Shown: positions 8,624 to 18,258 of the stretch, piece after piece
Position numbering within the stretch: position 1 is the first letter of the stretch
Layout: every line of letters starts with the position of its first letter
Source: an uncultured Acidobacteriota bacterium
GTDB lineage: Bacteria > Acidobacteriota > Vicinamibacteria > Vicinamibacterales > 2-12-FULL-66-21
Assembly: GCA_963839705.1 (NCBI GenBank)
Contig: CAWIWL010000021.1
Coordinates: 127,380-191,379 of the forward strand
Reading direction: 5' to 3'
Length of the DNA: 64,000 bases
The notes under the pieces: generated by a model
The model's input: only the letters and a program-made list of their open reading frames with translations
What the model was told of the DNA's origin: nothing
Database searches by the model: none
Position numbers and translations under genes: made by a program

Positions 8624-10504
8624 ATGCGAACCCTCTTTGCCCTCGGTCTCTCTGTTGTCTGTGCCCTGGTTACGACAAACCAATCGGCGCCGACTGAACC
8701 GTACAGTGTGGCGTATGCGAGCTTCGGGCCGCTGAACTCTGCGATTTATGTCGCCGATGCCGACGGGAGCCACGAGCGCCTCCTCATCGGCGGGTCGCAG
8801 CTCGACATGAATCCGTCGTTCTCACCGGATGGTCAATCCGTAGTCTTCACGTCGCGGCGAAACGGTTCTGCGGACCTCTACCGCGTGCGCACCGACGGCA
8901 CGCATTTCGAACAGCTTACCGACGACACCGCGTTCGACGATCAAGCCGCGATGTCGCCGGACGGCCGAAGCGTCGCGTTCGTCTCTTCTCGCGGCGGACA
9001 GGCCGACGTGTGGATCCTCGAGCTTGCCTCGAAGCGCCTGCGGAACCTGACCAACCACCCCGGCGGAGACTATCGCCCTGCCTGGTCTCCGGACGGGCGG
9101 TGGATCGCCTTTACGACCGACCGCGATTCGGACGGCGCGCGCGCATCGACGCCTTTCAGCCGGAGTCCCCAGTTCTCCGCGTCACAAGTGACGGAGCTGT
9201 ACATCGTCCGCACCGACGGGTCATCGCTCCGGCGCCTCACCGACGGCGACGCCTCCGTCGGCGGCGCGGCCTGGTCGCCGGACGGAGCGCGGCTGGCCTT
9301 CTACGAGGCGAGCGCCAGCGACTGGCGCGCGATGGGCACGGACTTCATGGGAGGCCCGACGCTTGCCACATCGCAGATCGTAAGCCTCGAGGTCGCAACC
9401 GGCGCTCGACAGGTCCTCACGTCGGGGCCGGGCCGCAAGTACGCGCCCAGGTGGACGGCCGGCGGGATTGCTTACACCCGTGGCGATGTCAACGAGCGGC
9501 GCGGCGTGCGCCAACGCGTCAACTACGTGTCCTACGGCATCAGCTTCACTGATGGCCGCAAGGACATCCCGGGCACGTACTCGAACGTCAACTGGTCTCC
9601 GGATGGCACGCGCATCGTCTTCCACCGCACGCTCGACGGCACGTGGCCGCCCCTCACGCCTACATTCAGCCGGGACCCGCAGTTCAGCGTCCTTCGCGCG
9701 GGCGTCTTTCCGTCGTACTCGCGCGATGGCCGACGACTGATGTCGAACACGGCGTATGCCGGCCAGTTCAAGAATGCCATTCTCAGGATGAACGCTGACG
9801 GCACCGATCGGCGTGTCGTGTTCGAGCATCCAACGCTGAACGCGCTCGCACCGGTGTGGTCGCCTTCCGGCGATCGGATCGCCTTCGGTCTGGGCGCCTT
9901 CTTCGCCGCTGGACGCGGCGGCGCTGGCGCGGATCTCGTCGTGATCTCCGCAGATGGGTCGGATCTGCGGACGCTGACGGACGGGAAGGGCAACTACGGC
10001 TTTCCGAGCTGGTCTCCTGACGGCAGGCGGCTGGTGGCTCGGCAGGGCGCCGGGGCGGCCGCCAAGAGCCTGATTCTCCTCGACGTCGCGACGGGAGCGA
10101 TCACGCCGCTCACGTCCGGCTCTCAGAGCGACAACTTTCCGGCGTGGTCGCCGAAGGGCGACCGCATTCTCTTCACGAGCGATCGCGATGGTGACTGGGA
10201 GCTGTACACCATTCGTCCCGACGGCAGCGACCTCAGGCGCTTGACGACCAGTCCCGGAAACGACGCGCACGCCGTGTGGTCGCTCGACGGCGACTGGATC
10301 GCGTTTGCCAGCGCGCGCAACGGCTTCAAGGACGAGATGCCGGTTGGCGAGGGTGGTGGCCAGGGCGCCGGCGACATCTTCGTCATGCGATTGGATGGAT
10401 CCGACGTGCGCCAGCTCACCGACGATGCGTTCGAGGATGCGACGCCGGCGTTCGCGCCGCGCGGGGGTCACGCTTCGGCAGGCATTGTGCGAGGCGGGCG
10501 TTGA
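8624..10504 (+). CDS. Secreted TolB-like PD40-repeat beta-propeller protein
   Basis: 626-aa ORF with AAGGAG 7 nt upstream of the ATG and a signal peptide. About ten (W)SPDG-x-x-(I/L/V)-(A/V)-F repeats characteristic of PD40/TolB propellers. Confidence 0.85.
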   Translation: MRTLFALGLSVVCALVTTNQSAPTEPYSVAYASFGPLNSAIYVADADGSHERLLIGGSQLDMNPSFSPDGQSVVFTSRRNGSADLYRVRTDGTHFEQLTDDTAFDDQAAMSPDGRSVAFVSSRGGQADVWILELASKRLRNLTNHPGGDYRPAWSPDGRWIAFTTDRDSDGARASTPFSRSPQFSASQVTELYIVRTDGSSLRRLTDGDASVGGAAWSPDGARLAFYEASASDWRAMGTDFMGGPTLATSQIVSLEVATGARQVLTSGPGRKYAPRWTAGGIAYTRGDVNERRGVRQRVNYVSYGISFTDGRKDIPGTYSNVNWSPDGTRIVFHRTLDGTWPPLTPTFSRDPQFSVLRAGVFPSYSRDGRRLMSNTAYAGQFKNAILRMNADGTDRRVVFEHPTLNALAPVWSPSGDRIAFGLGAFFAAGRGGAGADLVVISADGSDLRTLTDGKGNYGFPSWSPDGRRLVARQGAGAAAKSLILLDVATGAITPLTSGSQSDNFPAWSPKGDRILFTSDRDGDWELYTIRPDGSDLRRLTTSPGNDAHAVWSLDGDWIAFASARNGFKDEMPVGEGGGQGAGDIFVMRLDGSDVRQLTDDAFEDATPAFAPRGGHASAGIVRGGR

Positions 10505-10656
10505 ACAAGTGTTCTTGTGCTCGACGCAAACCGGGACCCGATAGGCCCTGGGGCGAGAACTTGAGAGGAGGTCCGACGTTCACGATCCCATAGCGCCGGG
10601 CAGAACGACCGAGGACCCGACGTCCGGCCTTGCCAACCGCCTGTGTTGCTCAGATC

Positions 10657-12396
10657 ATGAGGAGCATGAAACGACTGGCGCTGGGAACCCTCATGCTGTG
10701 CGTGGCTGCGTGCCGCGGCAACGTGCCGCAGACCGAGAGCCTCGCGGCCACGACGGCCGCTCCGACGCCAGCGCGGTCGCAGCAGCCGCCAGCTCTCGCA
10801 CAGGACGCCATCCCGCCCACGGTTGAGAGAGTCCTGACCTCGGCCGACCACCCCGGTCTGACCTGGAGTTCGATTACCGACGTCGTCCCCGCCCTCAAGC
10901 CGCTGTACGACGCCGAGCCCGATCGGCTGCTCTGGTTCGACGGAACAACGCCGGCTGCCAACATCGACGCGACGCTTGCCGCCATCGGCGACGCCGGCGA
11001 CTACGGCCTCGATCCGGCTGACTACGACCCGCAATTCCTCGCCGAGCGCTGGGCCACGGTCAAGGCCGGCACCGCCACTGGTCCCGAGCTGGCGCACTTC
11101 GACCTCGCCATCAGCGTCGCCGCCGCGCGCATGATCAGGGGCGTGCGCGTCGGTCGCGTCGACCCGGCGACGATGAACTGGGGCTACAACGTCCACACGA
11201 GAAAGATCGACGTGACGGCCGTGGCCCGTGAGGTGCGGCAGGGCAAGGGCCTGCGTGCCACGCTCGACTCGCTCGAGCCGCCGGTCTCGCACTACGTGCG
11301 CGCCAAGAAGATGCTCGCCGTGTACAAGTCCCTCGCGAAAGCCGGTGAGCCGGAGCTGGTGCCCGAACTGCCGAAAGGGCGGAGGAAGATCGAGCCGGGG
11401 AAGGCGTGGGCTGGCGTCCCGCAACTGTCGGCGCGCCTGCGCGTGTTCGGCGATTTGCCGGCTGGCGCGACGGTCACCGGCGCCATCTACTCCGCGTCGC
11501 TCGTCGCGGCGGTGAAGTCGTTCCAGGGACGTCACGTCATGGATGCCGACGGCATCATCGGCGCGGGCACGATCAGGGCGCTCAACGTGACCGTGGCGCA
11601 GCGCGTGCGGCAGATCGAGCTGGCCATGGAGCGGATGCGCTGGCTGCCGGAGTTGACCAAGGCGCCGAACGTGTTCGTGAACGTCCCGCTCTTCCGCCTT
11701 TGGGCCACCGATCCCGGCAGCGGTGCCGAGCCGCTGCGCATGAACGTCGTCGTCGGCAAGTCCCTCAATCACAAGACTCCGGTCTTCGTCGAGGAGATGG
11801 AGTACGTGATCTTCCGGCCGTACTGGAACCCGCCCTACGGCATCACGGTCAAGGAGCTCATTCCGCATGCGCGCCGGGACGCTTCTTACATGGATCGCGA
11901 GAACCTCGAGATCGTGGCAAGCGGCGAGGACGATGCGCCGTCGCTGCCGCCGACCGCGGAGAACCTTGCCGCCGTTGTGTCCGGCAAGCTGCACTTGCGG
12001 CAGCGGCCGGGTCCGCAGAACTCACTCGGCCTCGCCAAGTTCATCTTTCCGAATGCCGACAACGTCTACATGCACGGCACGCCGGCGCAGCAGCTCTTCT
12101 CGCGCGTGCGCCGCGACTTCAGCCACGGCTGCATCCGCCTCGAGGATCCGGCGCGCTTCGCCGAGTGGGTGCTGCGCGACAACCCGGACTGGCCGCGGGA
12201 CAAGATCGACGCCGCGATGCAGGGGCAGCGTCCGACGCGCGTCAACCTCAAGCAGCGGCTCACCGTCGTGCTCTTCTACGACACGGTGCATATCAATTCC
12301 GAAGGCATCGTCTCCTTCTCGGAAGACATCTACGCCCACGACAAGGCGCTCGACGCTGCGCTGGTGCAGGGCTATCCCTACTCGACGAAGAGCTGA
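10657..12396 (+). CDS. L,D-transpeptidase (YkuD domain) with peptidoglycan-binding domain, YcbB/LdtD-like
   Basis: ORF opens at TTG 10630; ATG 10657 or 10666 is more likely. Lipobox-like LCVAAC. PG_binding_1-like FQGRHVMDADGIIGAGTIRALN. Catalytic HGTP...FSHGCIRLEDP. Confidence 0.9.
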   Translation: MRSMKRLALGTLMLCVAACRGNVPQTESLAATTAAPTPARSQQPPALAQDAIPPTVERVLTSADHPGLTWSSITDVVPALKPLYDAEPDRLLWFDGTTPAANIDATLAAIGDAGDYGLDPADYDPQFLAERWATVKAGTATGPELAHFDLAISVAAARMIRGVRVGRVDPATMNWGYNVHTRKIDVTAVAREVRQGKGLRATLDSLEPPVSHYVRAKKMLAVYKSLAKAGEPELVPELPKGRRKIEPGKAWAGVPQLSARLRVFGDLPAGATVTGAIYSASLVAAVKSFQGRHVMDADGIIGAGTIRALNVTVAQRVRQIELAMERMRWLPELTKAPNVFVNVPLFRLWATDPGSGAEPLRMNVVVGKSLNHKTPVFVEEMEYVIFRPYWNPPYGITVKELIPHARRDASYMDRENLEIVASGEDDAPSLPPTAENLAAVVSGKLHLRQRPGPQNSLGLAKFIFPNADNVYMHGTPAQQLFSRVRRDFSHGCIRLEDPARFAEWVLRDNPDWPRDKIDAAMQGQRPTRVNLKQRLTVVLFYDTVHINSEGIVSFSEDIYAHDKALDAALVQGYPYSTKS

Positions 12397-12566
12397 GGCG
12401 CCGCTCCCGACTCCAGGACGCTCGAACGAACGCCGCCACGGCATGTCGTGGCCTGGCGTGGCGGCATTCGGCACTAGTGAGTATCCAGACATAAGCTATA
12501 ACGTTGCAAAGCGGGAGTGGCGGCGCCACGACTGCCAGATCGCATCGAGAACAGGAGAGAGACAGG

Positions 12567-14930
12567 ATGAGTTCCGAGGACAAGGTTCAGCGAACGATTC
12601 TTCCAATCCCAGACAGACAGCACGTGGGCGTGACAACGTACGACGCCAAGGATCCGGACACGAAGTTCCCGCCGATCGAACGGCTGCTGCCGCCGAAGGG
12701 CGCGCCCAACGTGCTCGTCGTGCTCCTTGACGATGTCGGTTTTGCTGCGTCGAGCGCATTCGGCGGCCCGATCCATACGCCTACGGCCGAGCGTCTTGCC
12801 AAGAACGGCCTCAAGTTCAATCGCTTCCACACGACGGCGCTGTGCTCGCCGACGCGGCAGGCGCTCTTGACCGGACGGAATCACCATTCCGTCAACATGG
12901 GTGGCATCTGCGAAATCGCGACCGCGGCTCCGGGCTACTCGTCGGTGCTGCCCAAGAACAAGGCGCCGCTCGCCATGACGCTCAAGCTCAATGGCTATTC
13001 GACGGCACAGTTCGGCAAGTGCCATGAAGTGCCGGTCTGGGAAACGAGCCCGATGGGGCCGTTCGATCAGTGGCCGACCGGTGGCGGTGGCTTCGAGTAC
13101 TTCTATGGCTTCATCGGCGGCGAAACCAACCAGTGGTACCCGGCAATCTATGAAGGCACCATCCCAATCGAGCCCGAGAAAACGCCAGAACAGGGCTACC
13201 ACTTCACTGAGGACATGACGAACAAGGCGATCAAGTGGACGCGCCAGCAGAAAGCGCTGATGCCCGACAAGCCGTTCTTCATGTATTTCGCGCCCGGCGC
13301 CTGCCACGCGCCGCACCACGTGCCGAAGGACTGGATCGAGAAGTACAAGGGCAAGTTCGATCAGGGCTGGGACAAGCTGCGCGAGGAAACGTTCGCGCGG
13401 CAGAAGAAGCTGGGCGTCATCCCTGCCGACGCGGTGCTGACGGCGCGACCGGCCGAGATCCCGGCGTGGGACGAGACGCCGCAGAACATGCGGCCCATCT
13501 TCGCCCGCGAGATGGAGGTCTATGCCGCATTCCTCGAGCACGTCGATCATCATCTGGGCAGGCTCGTCGATGCGCTCAAGGATTTGGAAGTCCTCGACGA
13601 CACCCTGATCTACTTGATCATCGGCGACAACGGCGCCTCTGCTGAAGGCACGCCCAACGGCTGCTTCAACGAGATGGCGACGCTGAACGGCCTGGCGGGC
13701 GTTGAAACGCCGGAGTTCCTCGCGTCGAAGATCGACCTCTTCGGCGGGCCGGACGCCTACAACCACTACGCGGTGGGCTGGGCGCACGCGATGGACACGC
13801 CTTACCAGTGGACCAAACAGGTGGCCTCGCACTGGGGCGGGACGCGCAATGGCACGATCGTGCACTGGCCGAACGGGGTCAAGGCCAAAGGCGAGGTGCG
13901 CAGCCAATTCCATCACGTCATCGACCTCGCGCCGACCATCCTCGAAGCCGCCGGCCTGCCGCACCCGACCATCGTCAACAGCGTCCAGCAGGCGCCGATC
14001 GAAGGCTTCAGCATGCTCTACGCGTTCAACGACGCCAAGGCAGCCGAGCGCCACGAGACGCAGTACTTCGAGATGTTCTGTAACCGCGGCATCTACCACA
14101 AGGGGTGGACTGCAGTGACGCGGCACGGTGTGCCGTGGCTCGGCGCCTACAAGCGCGCATTCGACGATGACGTGTGGGAGCTCTACGACACCAACACCGA
14201 CTGGACGCAGTCGAAGGACTTGGCGAAGGAGAACCCGAAGAAGCTCGCTGAACTGCAGCGTCTCTTCATCATCGAGGCGACCAAGTACAGCGTGCTTCCG
14301 CTCGACGATCGGACGTTCGAGCGCTTCAACCCCGACCTCGCCGGCCGCCCGCAGCTCATCAAAGGCAAGAGCCAGATCCTCTTCGGCGGCATGGGGAGAC
14401 TTAGCGAGAACTCTATTCTATCGATCAAGAACAAGTCCTATGCGATCAGCGCCGCTCTCGACGTGCCAAAGTCCGGCGCCGAGGGCGTCATCATCGCCCA
14501 GGGCGGCAACCTCAACGGCTGGAGCCTCTACGCCAAGGGCGGCAAGCTGAAGTACTGCTACAACTTCTTCGGCATCGAGGTGACGTTCGTCGAGGCGACG
14601 CAGCCAATTCCGGCTGGGAATCACCAGGTCCGCATGGAGTTCAAGTACGACGGCGGCGGGACCGCCAAAGGCGGCGGCGTCACGCTCTACGTCGACGGCA
14701 AGGCCGTCGGCGAGGGACGCATAGAGAACACGGTGCCGATGGCCTTCTCTGCGGACGAAACCTGCGACGTCGGCAAGGAAACCGGCTCGCCGGTGTCGCC
14801 GGACTACGGGCCGACTGGCAACGAGTTCAGCGGCGAAGTGAACTGGGTGCAGATCGACATCGAGAAGGACGATCACGATCACATGGTCTCGCCGGAAGAG
14901 CGCTTCCGCGTTGCCATGGCGCGGCAGTAA
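12567..14930 (+). CDS. Arylsulfatase (Cys-type, large form)
   Basis: ATG 12567 is preceded by purine-rich AGGAGAGAGACAGG. N-terminal LLDDVGF and formylglycine signature LCSPTRQALLTGRNHH (C-x-P-x-R). The longer ORF from 12504 lacks support. Confidence 0.9.
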   Translation: MSSEDKVQRTILPIPDRQHVGVTTYDAKDPDTKFPPIERLLPPKGAPNVLVVLLDDVGFAASSAFGGPIHTPTAERLAKNGLKFNRFHTTALCSPTRQALLTGRNHHSVNMGGICEIATAAPGYSSVLPKNKAPLAMTLKLNGYSTAQFGKCHEVPVWETSPMGPFDQWPTGGGGFEYFYGFIGGETNQWYPAIYEGTIPIEPEKTPEQGYHFTEDMTNKAIKWTRQQKALMPDKPFFMYFAPGACHAPHHVPKDWIEKYKGKFDQGWDKLREETFARQKKLGVIPADAVLTARPAEIPAWDETPQNMRPIFAREMEVYAAFLEHVDHHLGRLVDALKDLEVLDDTLIYLIIGDNGASAEGTPNGCFNEMATLNGLAGVETPEFLASKIDLFGGPDAYNHYAVGWAHAMDTPYQWTKQVASHWGGTRNGTIVHWPNGVKAKGEVRSQFHHVIDLAPTILEAAGLPHPTIVNSVQQAPIEGFSMLYAFNDAKAAERHETQYFEMFCNRGIYHKGWTAVTRHGVPWLGAYKRAFDDDVWELYDTNTDWTQSKDLAKENPKKLAELQRLFIIEATKYSVLPLDDRTFERFNPDLAGRPQLIKGKSQILFGGMGRLSENSILSIKNKSYAISAALDVPKSGAEGVIIAQGGNLNGWSLYAKGGKLKYCYNFFGIEVTFVEATQPIPAGNHQVRMEFKYDGGGTAKGGGVTLYVDGKAVGEGRIENTVPMAFSADETCDVGKETGSPVSPDYGPTGNEFSGEVNWVQIDIEKDDHDHMVSPEERFRVAMARQ

Positions 14931-14951
14931 CCATCACTCTTCTGATCACAG

Positions 14952-14985
14952 CCCGATCGCGGAAGCCAAGGCGCCCGCGATCGGG
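14952..14985 (+). terminator. GC-rich hairpin downstream of the sulfatase gene (possible terminator, no U-tract)
   Basis: CCCGATCGCGG (14952-14962) pairs with CCGCGATCGGG (14975-14985) across a 12-nt loop. It starts 22 nt after the stop at 14930. Confidence 0.3.
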
Positions 14986-15072
14986 TCGCGATGATGCAGA
15001 ATGAGGGCTAGTGACGAAGCGCGGCTGACCATTCTGGACCTGTGCACTAACTCAGCTTTGGGAGCCCAGCTC

Positions 15073-15909
15073 ATGACCCTAGGAATGCGGAACAGGAAGC
15101 TCTCTCAATCGGCCCTCGCTGGGCTCGCCGCCATCAGCCTCATCGTCTGCGGGGCATGCGGAAGTCGCGAGCCGACGACCGACGCCGAGCGTCTGGCCCG
15201 TGGCCGGGAACTCGTGGAGCAGATGAGCGCGCGGCTTGCCGCGGCGAAGGCGGTGAGTGTGACGACGACCGAAGTGCGCGACATCGTGCGTGTCTCCGGT
15301 AAGAAAGAGCCGGTGTCGCAGACGGCGGTGTACACCGTGCGCCGTCCGGATCGGTTCTACAACAAGATGACGGGCGGCCGCGGCCTCGAGACCTGGTACA
15401 ACGGCAAGACCCTGACCATCGCCGCCCACCCGCACAAGGTCTTCGCCCAGGCGCCGATGCCCGACACCATCGACCGTACGCTCGACGCCCTCGCCGAGCG
15501 CTACGACATGGCCCTGCCGATGGGCGATCTCTTTTACAGCTCCGCCGCAAAGGCGCTGCTCTCCGATACGACCACCGGCGGCTACGCTGGCACCGAAAAC
15601 GTCGGCAGCACGCCCGCTGTCCACCTCGCCTTCAAGGACGTCGGAGTCGACTGGGAGCTGTGGCTTCCGGTGCAGGGCGACCCTCTGCCCCTGCGGCTGA
15701 AGGTCGTTCAGAAAAGCCGCAAAGGCCAGCCGACGGTCGATCTGACGTTTACGTCGTGGGACCTCGCTCCCCAGATCACCAACGCCACGTTCGTTCCCAA
15801 AGTACCGGCGGAGTACCAGGGCATCGCGATCGTCCAGCGGGCCGCAGCGGTCAAGAGCACCGCAGCCACGCCACCTGCGGCGCCGGCGGCACCCGCGACA
15901 AAGAAATAG
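15073..15909 (+). CDS. Periplasmic lipoprotein, DUF2092/LolA-like family
   Basis: ATG 15073 with GGAG upstream. Lipoprotein signal LIVCGAC. Blocks YNGKTLTIAAHP, DALAERYDMALPMGDLF, VDWELWLPVQGDPLPLRLKVV and TFTSWDL match my memory of DUF2092. Confidence 0.7.
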   Translation: MTLGMRNRKLSQSALAGLAAISLIVCGACGSREPTTDAERLARGRELVEQMSARLAAAKAVSVTTTEVRDIVRVSGKKEPVSQTAVYTVRRPDRFYNKMTGGRGLETWYNGKTLTIAAHPHKVFAQAPMPDTIDRTLDALAERYDMALPMGDLFYSSAAKALLSDTTTGGYAGTENVGSTPAVHLAFKDVGVDWELWLPVQGDPLPLRLKVVQKSRKGQPTVDLTFTSWDLAPQITNATFVPKVPAEYQGIAIVQRAAAVKSTAATPPAAPAAPATKK

Positions 15910-15939
15910 CCTCGGCGTGTTGAACCAAAGGGAGTCGTC

Positions 15940-16650
15940 ATGAAGCCACAGAGCACGATACGAAAAACCATTTGTCTCCTGGTCGCGGCAGCCTTGGTCA
16001 CGATGGTCGGCCTGGCGCCGTTGGCTGCGCAAGTGCGCGCCGGCCGGCGCGGCGCCGTGGCCAAGGGCGACAACGGCGCGGCCGCTGCAGGACCCCGGGG
16101 CGCCGCCGTCAAAACTGAAGAGGGTTACGCCGCGGCCAGCCGCCGTGGCGCGGTCGTGAGCGGCGAGGAAGGCTATGCCGCGGTCGGCCGGAACGGCAAC
16201 GTCGTGACCGGCGAGGAAGTCGACGTCCAGGGAGGCGCCGTCGGCCGCCGCGGGGCGGTCGTCGTCGGCGAGGAGGGAGCAGCGGCCGTGGGGCGCTACG
16301 GCGGCGTGGTCGTCGGCGATCGCTACGAAAGCTACGACGCCTGGAAAGCCGTGGCAGCGGTCGGCGCCGGAATCGCCATCGGCACGATGCTGGCGAAACC
16401 GCCAGCCGCCGCGACGACCGTCGTGGTATCCGAATCGACCTACTACTATCACGACGGCGCGTACTACACGAAGGTGATGAGCAGTGGCGCGGTCGTGTAC
16501 CAGGTCGTAGAGCCTCCCGCGGGCGCGATCATCACAACGCTGCCCGCCGGGTGCAAGACCGTGCGCGTCGGGAACGCGGATTACTCGCAGTGTGGCGCCA
16601 CGCATTACACGCGGGTGTCGTCGGGATATCAGGTCGTCGTGCTGCAGTGA
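15940..16650 (+). CDS. Secreted repeat protein with C-terminal YYY..GxYY domain (DUF6515-like, name from memory)
   Basis: 236-aa ORF with a signal peptide. Five to six degenerate repeats of the type RRGAVV-GEEGYAA. Hydrophobic AVAAVGAGIAIGTML. C-terminal STYYYHDGAYYTKV...PAGCKTV...SSGYQVVV. Confidence 0.6.
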   Translation: MKPQSTIRKTICLLVAAALVTMVGLAPLAAQVRAGRRGAVAKGDNGAAAAGPRGAAVKTEEGYAAASRRGAVVSGEEGYAAVGRNGNVVTGEEVDVQGGAVGRRGAVVVGEEGAAAVGRYGGVVVGDRYESYDAWKAVAAVGAGIAIGTMLAKPPAAATTVVVSESTYYYHDGAYYTKVMSSGAVVYQVVEPPAGAIITTLPAGCKTVRVGNADYSQCGATHYTRVSSGYQVVVLQ

Positions 16651-16746
16651 CGCGACAGAAATGGCTGTGCGCCGGCGCGCCGCCGCCGCTGATCGACGAG
16701 CCGCTGGTCGGCTGCGCCGACCACTGACGCGGGGGTAGAGCACTAG

Positions 16747-16926
16747 AACCTATCTCATAAACCAGAAACAGACTGAACGCGCCGACGGCCCCGGTTCACG
16801 ATGAACACGATGATTCGATGACCACGAAGAAAACCTCTTTGGGATCCATCGTGCCCATCGTGTCATCGTGCCCATCGTGTTGTTACGTGAGGTCGTGACC
16901 CATTTATGAAGATGGCTTCTACAATC
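16747..16926 (+). repeat. Structured intergenic repeat, copy 1 (family also at 49589-49737 and 58223-58380)
   Basis: Begins AACCTATCTCATAAAC. Central imperfect long hairpin: CACGATG x2 plus variants on the left arm (from 16797), CATCGTG x4 on the right arm (16847-16879). Then GGTCGTGACC, TTTAT, and a TACAAT box at 16920-16925, 6 nt before the yhbY ATG. Confidence 0.7.
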
Positions 16927-16931
16927 TGGCG

Positions 16932-17234
16932 ATGCCCGTCACGCTGACGCCCAAGGAACGCACTCATCTCAAGGGCCGTGCCCACGCGCTCGAGCCAATC
17001 GTGCAAGTGGGGCAGGGTGGGCTCTCCGATGCCGTCGCGGTGGAGCTCGACCGCGCGCTGACGGCGCACGGACTCATCAAGGTGAAGATCAACGGCACCG
17101 ACCGCCGCGCGCGGCAGGCGATGGCCGTGGCCATCTGCTCGCGGACCGACGCGGTTGACGTACACCAGGTGGGCAAGATCATCGTGCTCTGGCGTCCGAC
17201 GCCCGAGGAAGCGCCCGCATCATCTTCCGAGTGA
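16932..17234 (+). CDS. yhbY: YhbY-family CRM-domain RNA-binding protein (ribosome assembly)
   Basis: 100-aa ORF. LTPKERTHLKGRAHALEPIVQVGQGGLSDAV...IKVKI...VGKIIVLWRP matches the YhbY/CRS1 pattern. Confidence 0.9.
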   Translation: MPVTLTPKERTHLKGRAHALEPIVQVGQGGLSDAVAVELDRALTAHGLIKVKINGTDRRARQAMAVAICSRTDAVDVHQVGKIIVLWRPTPEEAPASSSE

Positions 17235-17253
17235 AACGACAGAGGACAACCGC

Positions 17254-18243
17254 ATGAACCGTTTCGTCCGCGTTCCGATCTCCGTGGCGGCCAGCGTGTT
17301 GTGGGCGGGGCTTGCGCTCGCCCAAGGTCCACCGCCCGCGACAGCGGGTGCGCCGGTTCAGAGCGGCGCGCCTCCGGGAGCGCCACAAGGTGCCGGCCGC
17401 GGTGGCTTTGTGCCGGTACCGGTCGTCATCGGTCCGCCGGCGCCGGTCCCCCCGCAAGTCGCGATTCCTCGTCCGACGTCAGCGGAGCTGGTGCAAGTCA
17501 ACGACGCCGTCAAGAAGTTCATCGAGAGCGACACCTCCCCGACGAAACCGTTGCTGACAAAGTTCGAATCGCTCTTGATGCTGCAGCCGGCACGCCGGAA
17601 CGTCGCCGCAACGTTCACGCAGACGGTTCAAAGGCAGGGCCCCAGGCACGAGGGGTTCGTCGAGATTGCCAAGCAAGGAAACATCGACCTGCTGCTGCAC
17701 GGAGATTCGATCACCGATTGGTGGGTGCAGAGCGACGCCAACAAGGCGATGTTCGACAAGTACTTTGGGGCGCTGCGAACGGCGAATTTCGCCGTCGCCG
17801 GGGATACGACCCAGGGTGTGCTCTGGGGACTCAGGAACGGCGAAGGGCAGGGGTTTCAGCCAAAGGCGATCATGCTGATGATCGGCACGAACAACAGCGG
17901 CGGGAACACTGGACCTGAGATCGCCGAAGGTGTGGGCGCGGTCGTGCTCGAGATGCGCAGGAACTTTCCCAACGCGAAGATCCTGTTGCTGGCGATCTTC
18001 CCCCGCGCGCTGCCAGGCGATCCGGTGCGCGACAAGATTACCGAGGCCAACCGGATCATCGCCAGGCTCGATGACGGGCAGCACGTCTTCTACCTGGACA
18101 TCGGCGCCAAGTTCCTGGACGATAGCGGCGTGTTCCTGCCGGGTGCGTTCAGGCCGGACAATCTACATCCGGTGGCGAAAGGCTACGACATCTGGGGCGA
18201 GGCCGTGAAAGACAAACTGGCCGAGCTGATGAAGCCGGATTGA
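17254..18243 (+). CDS. Secreted SGNH/GDSL-family hydrolase
   Basis: ATG 17254 followed by a signal peptide (VAASVLWAGLALAQG). Block I LLHGDSITDWW, block III MIGTNN, block V PDNLHP. Confidence 0.85.
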   Translation: MNRFVRVPISVAASVLWAGLALAQGPPPATAGAPVQSGAPPGAPQGAGRGGFVPVPVVIGPPAPVPPQVAIPRPTSAELVQVNDAVKKFIESDTSPTKPLLTKFESLLMLQPARRNVAATFTQTVQRQGPRHEGFVEIAKQGNIDLLLHGDSITDWWVQSDANKAMFDKYFGALRTANFAVAGDTTQGVLWGLRNGEGQGFQPKAIMLMIGTNNSGGNTGPEIAEGVGAVVLEMRRNFPNAKILLLAIFPRALPGDPVRDKITEANRIIARLDDGQHVFYLDIGAKFLDDSGVFLPGAFRPDNLHPVAKGYDIWGEAVKDKLAELMKPD

Positions 18244-18258
18244 CAAGAACCCGCGACG

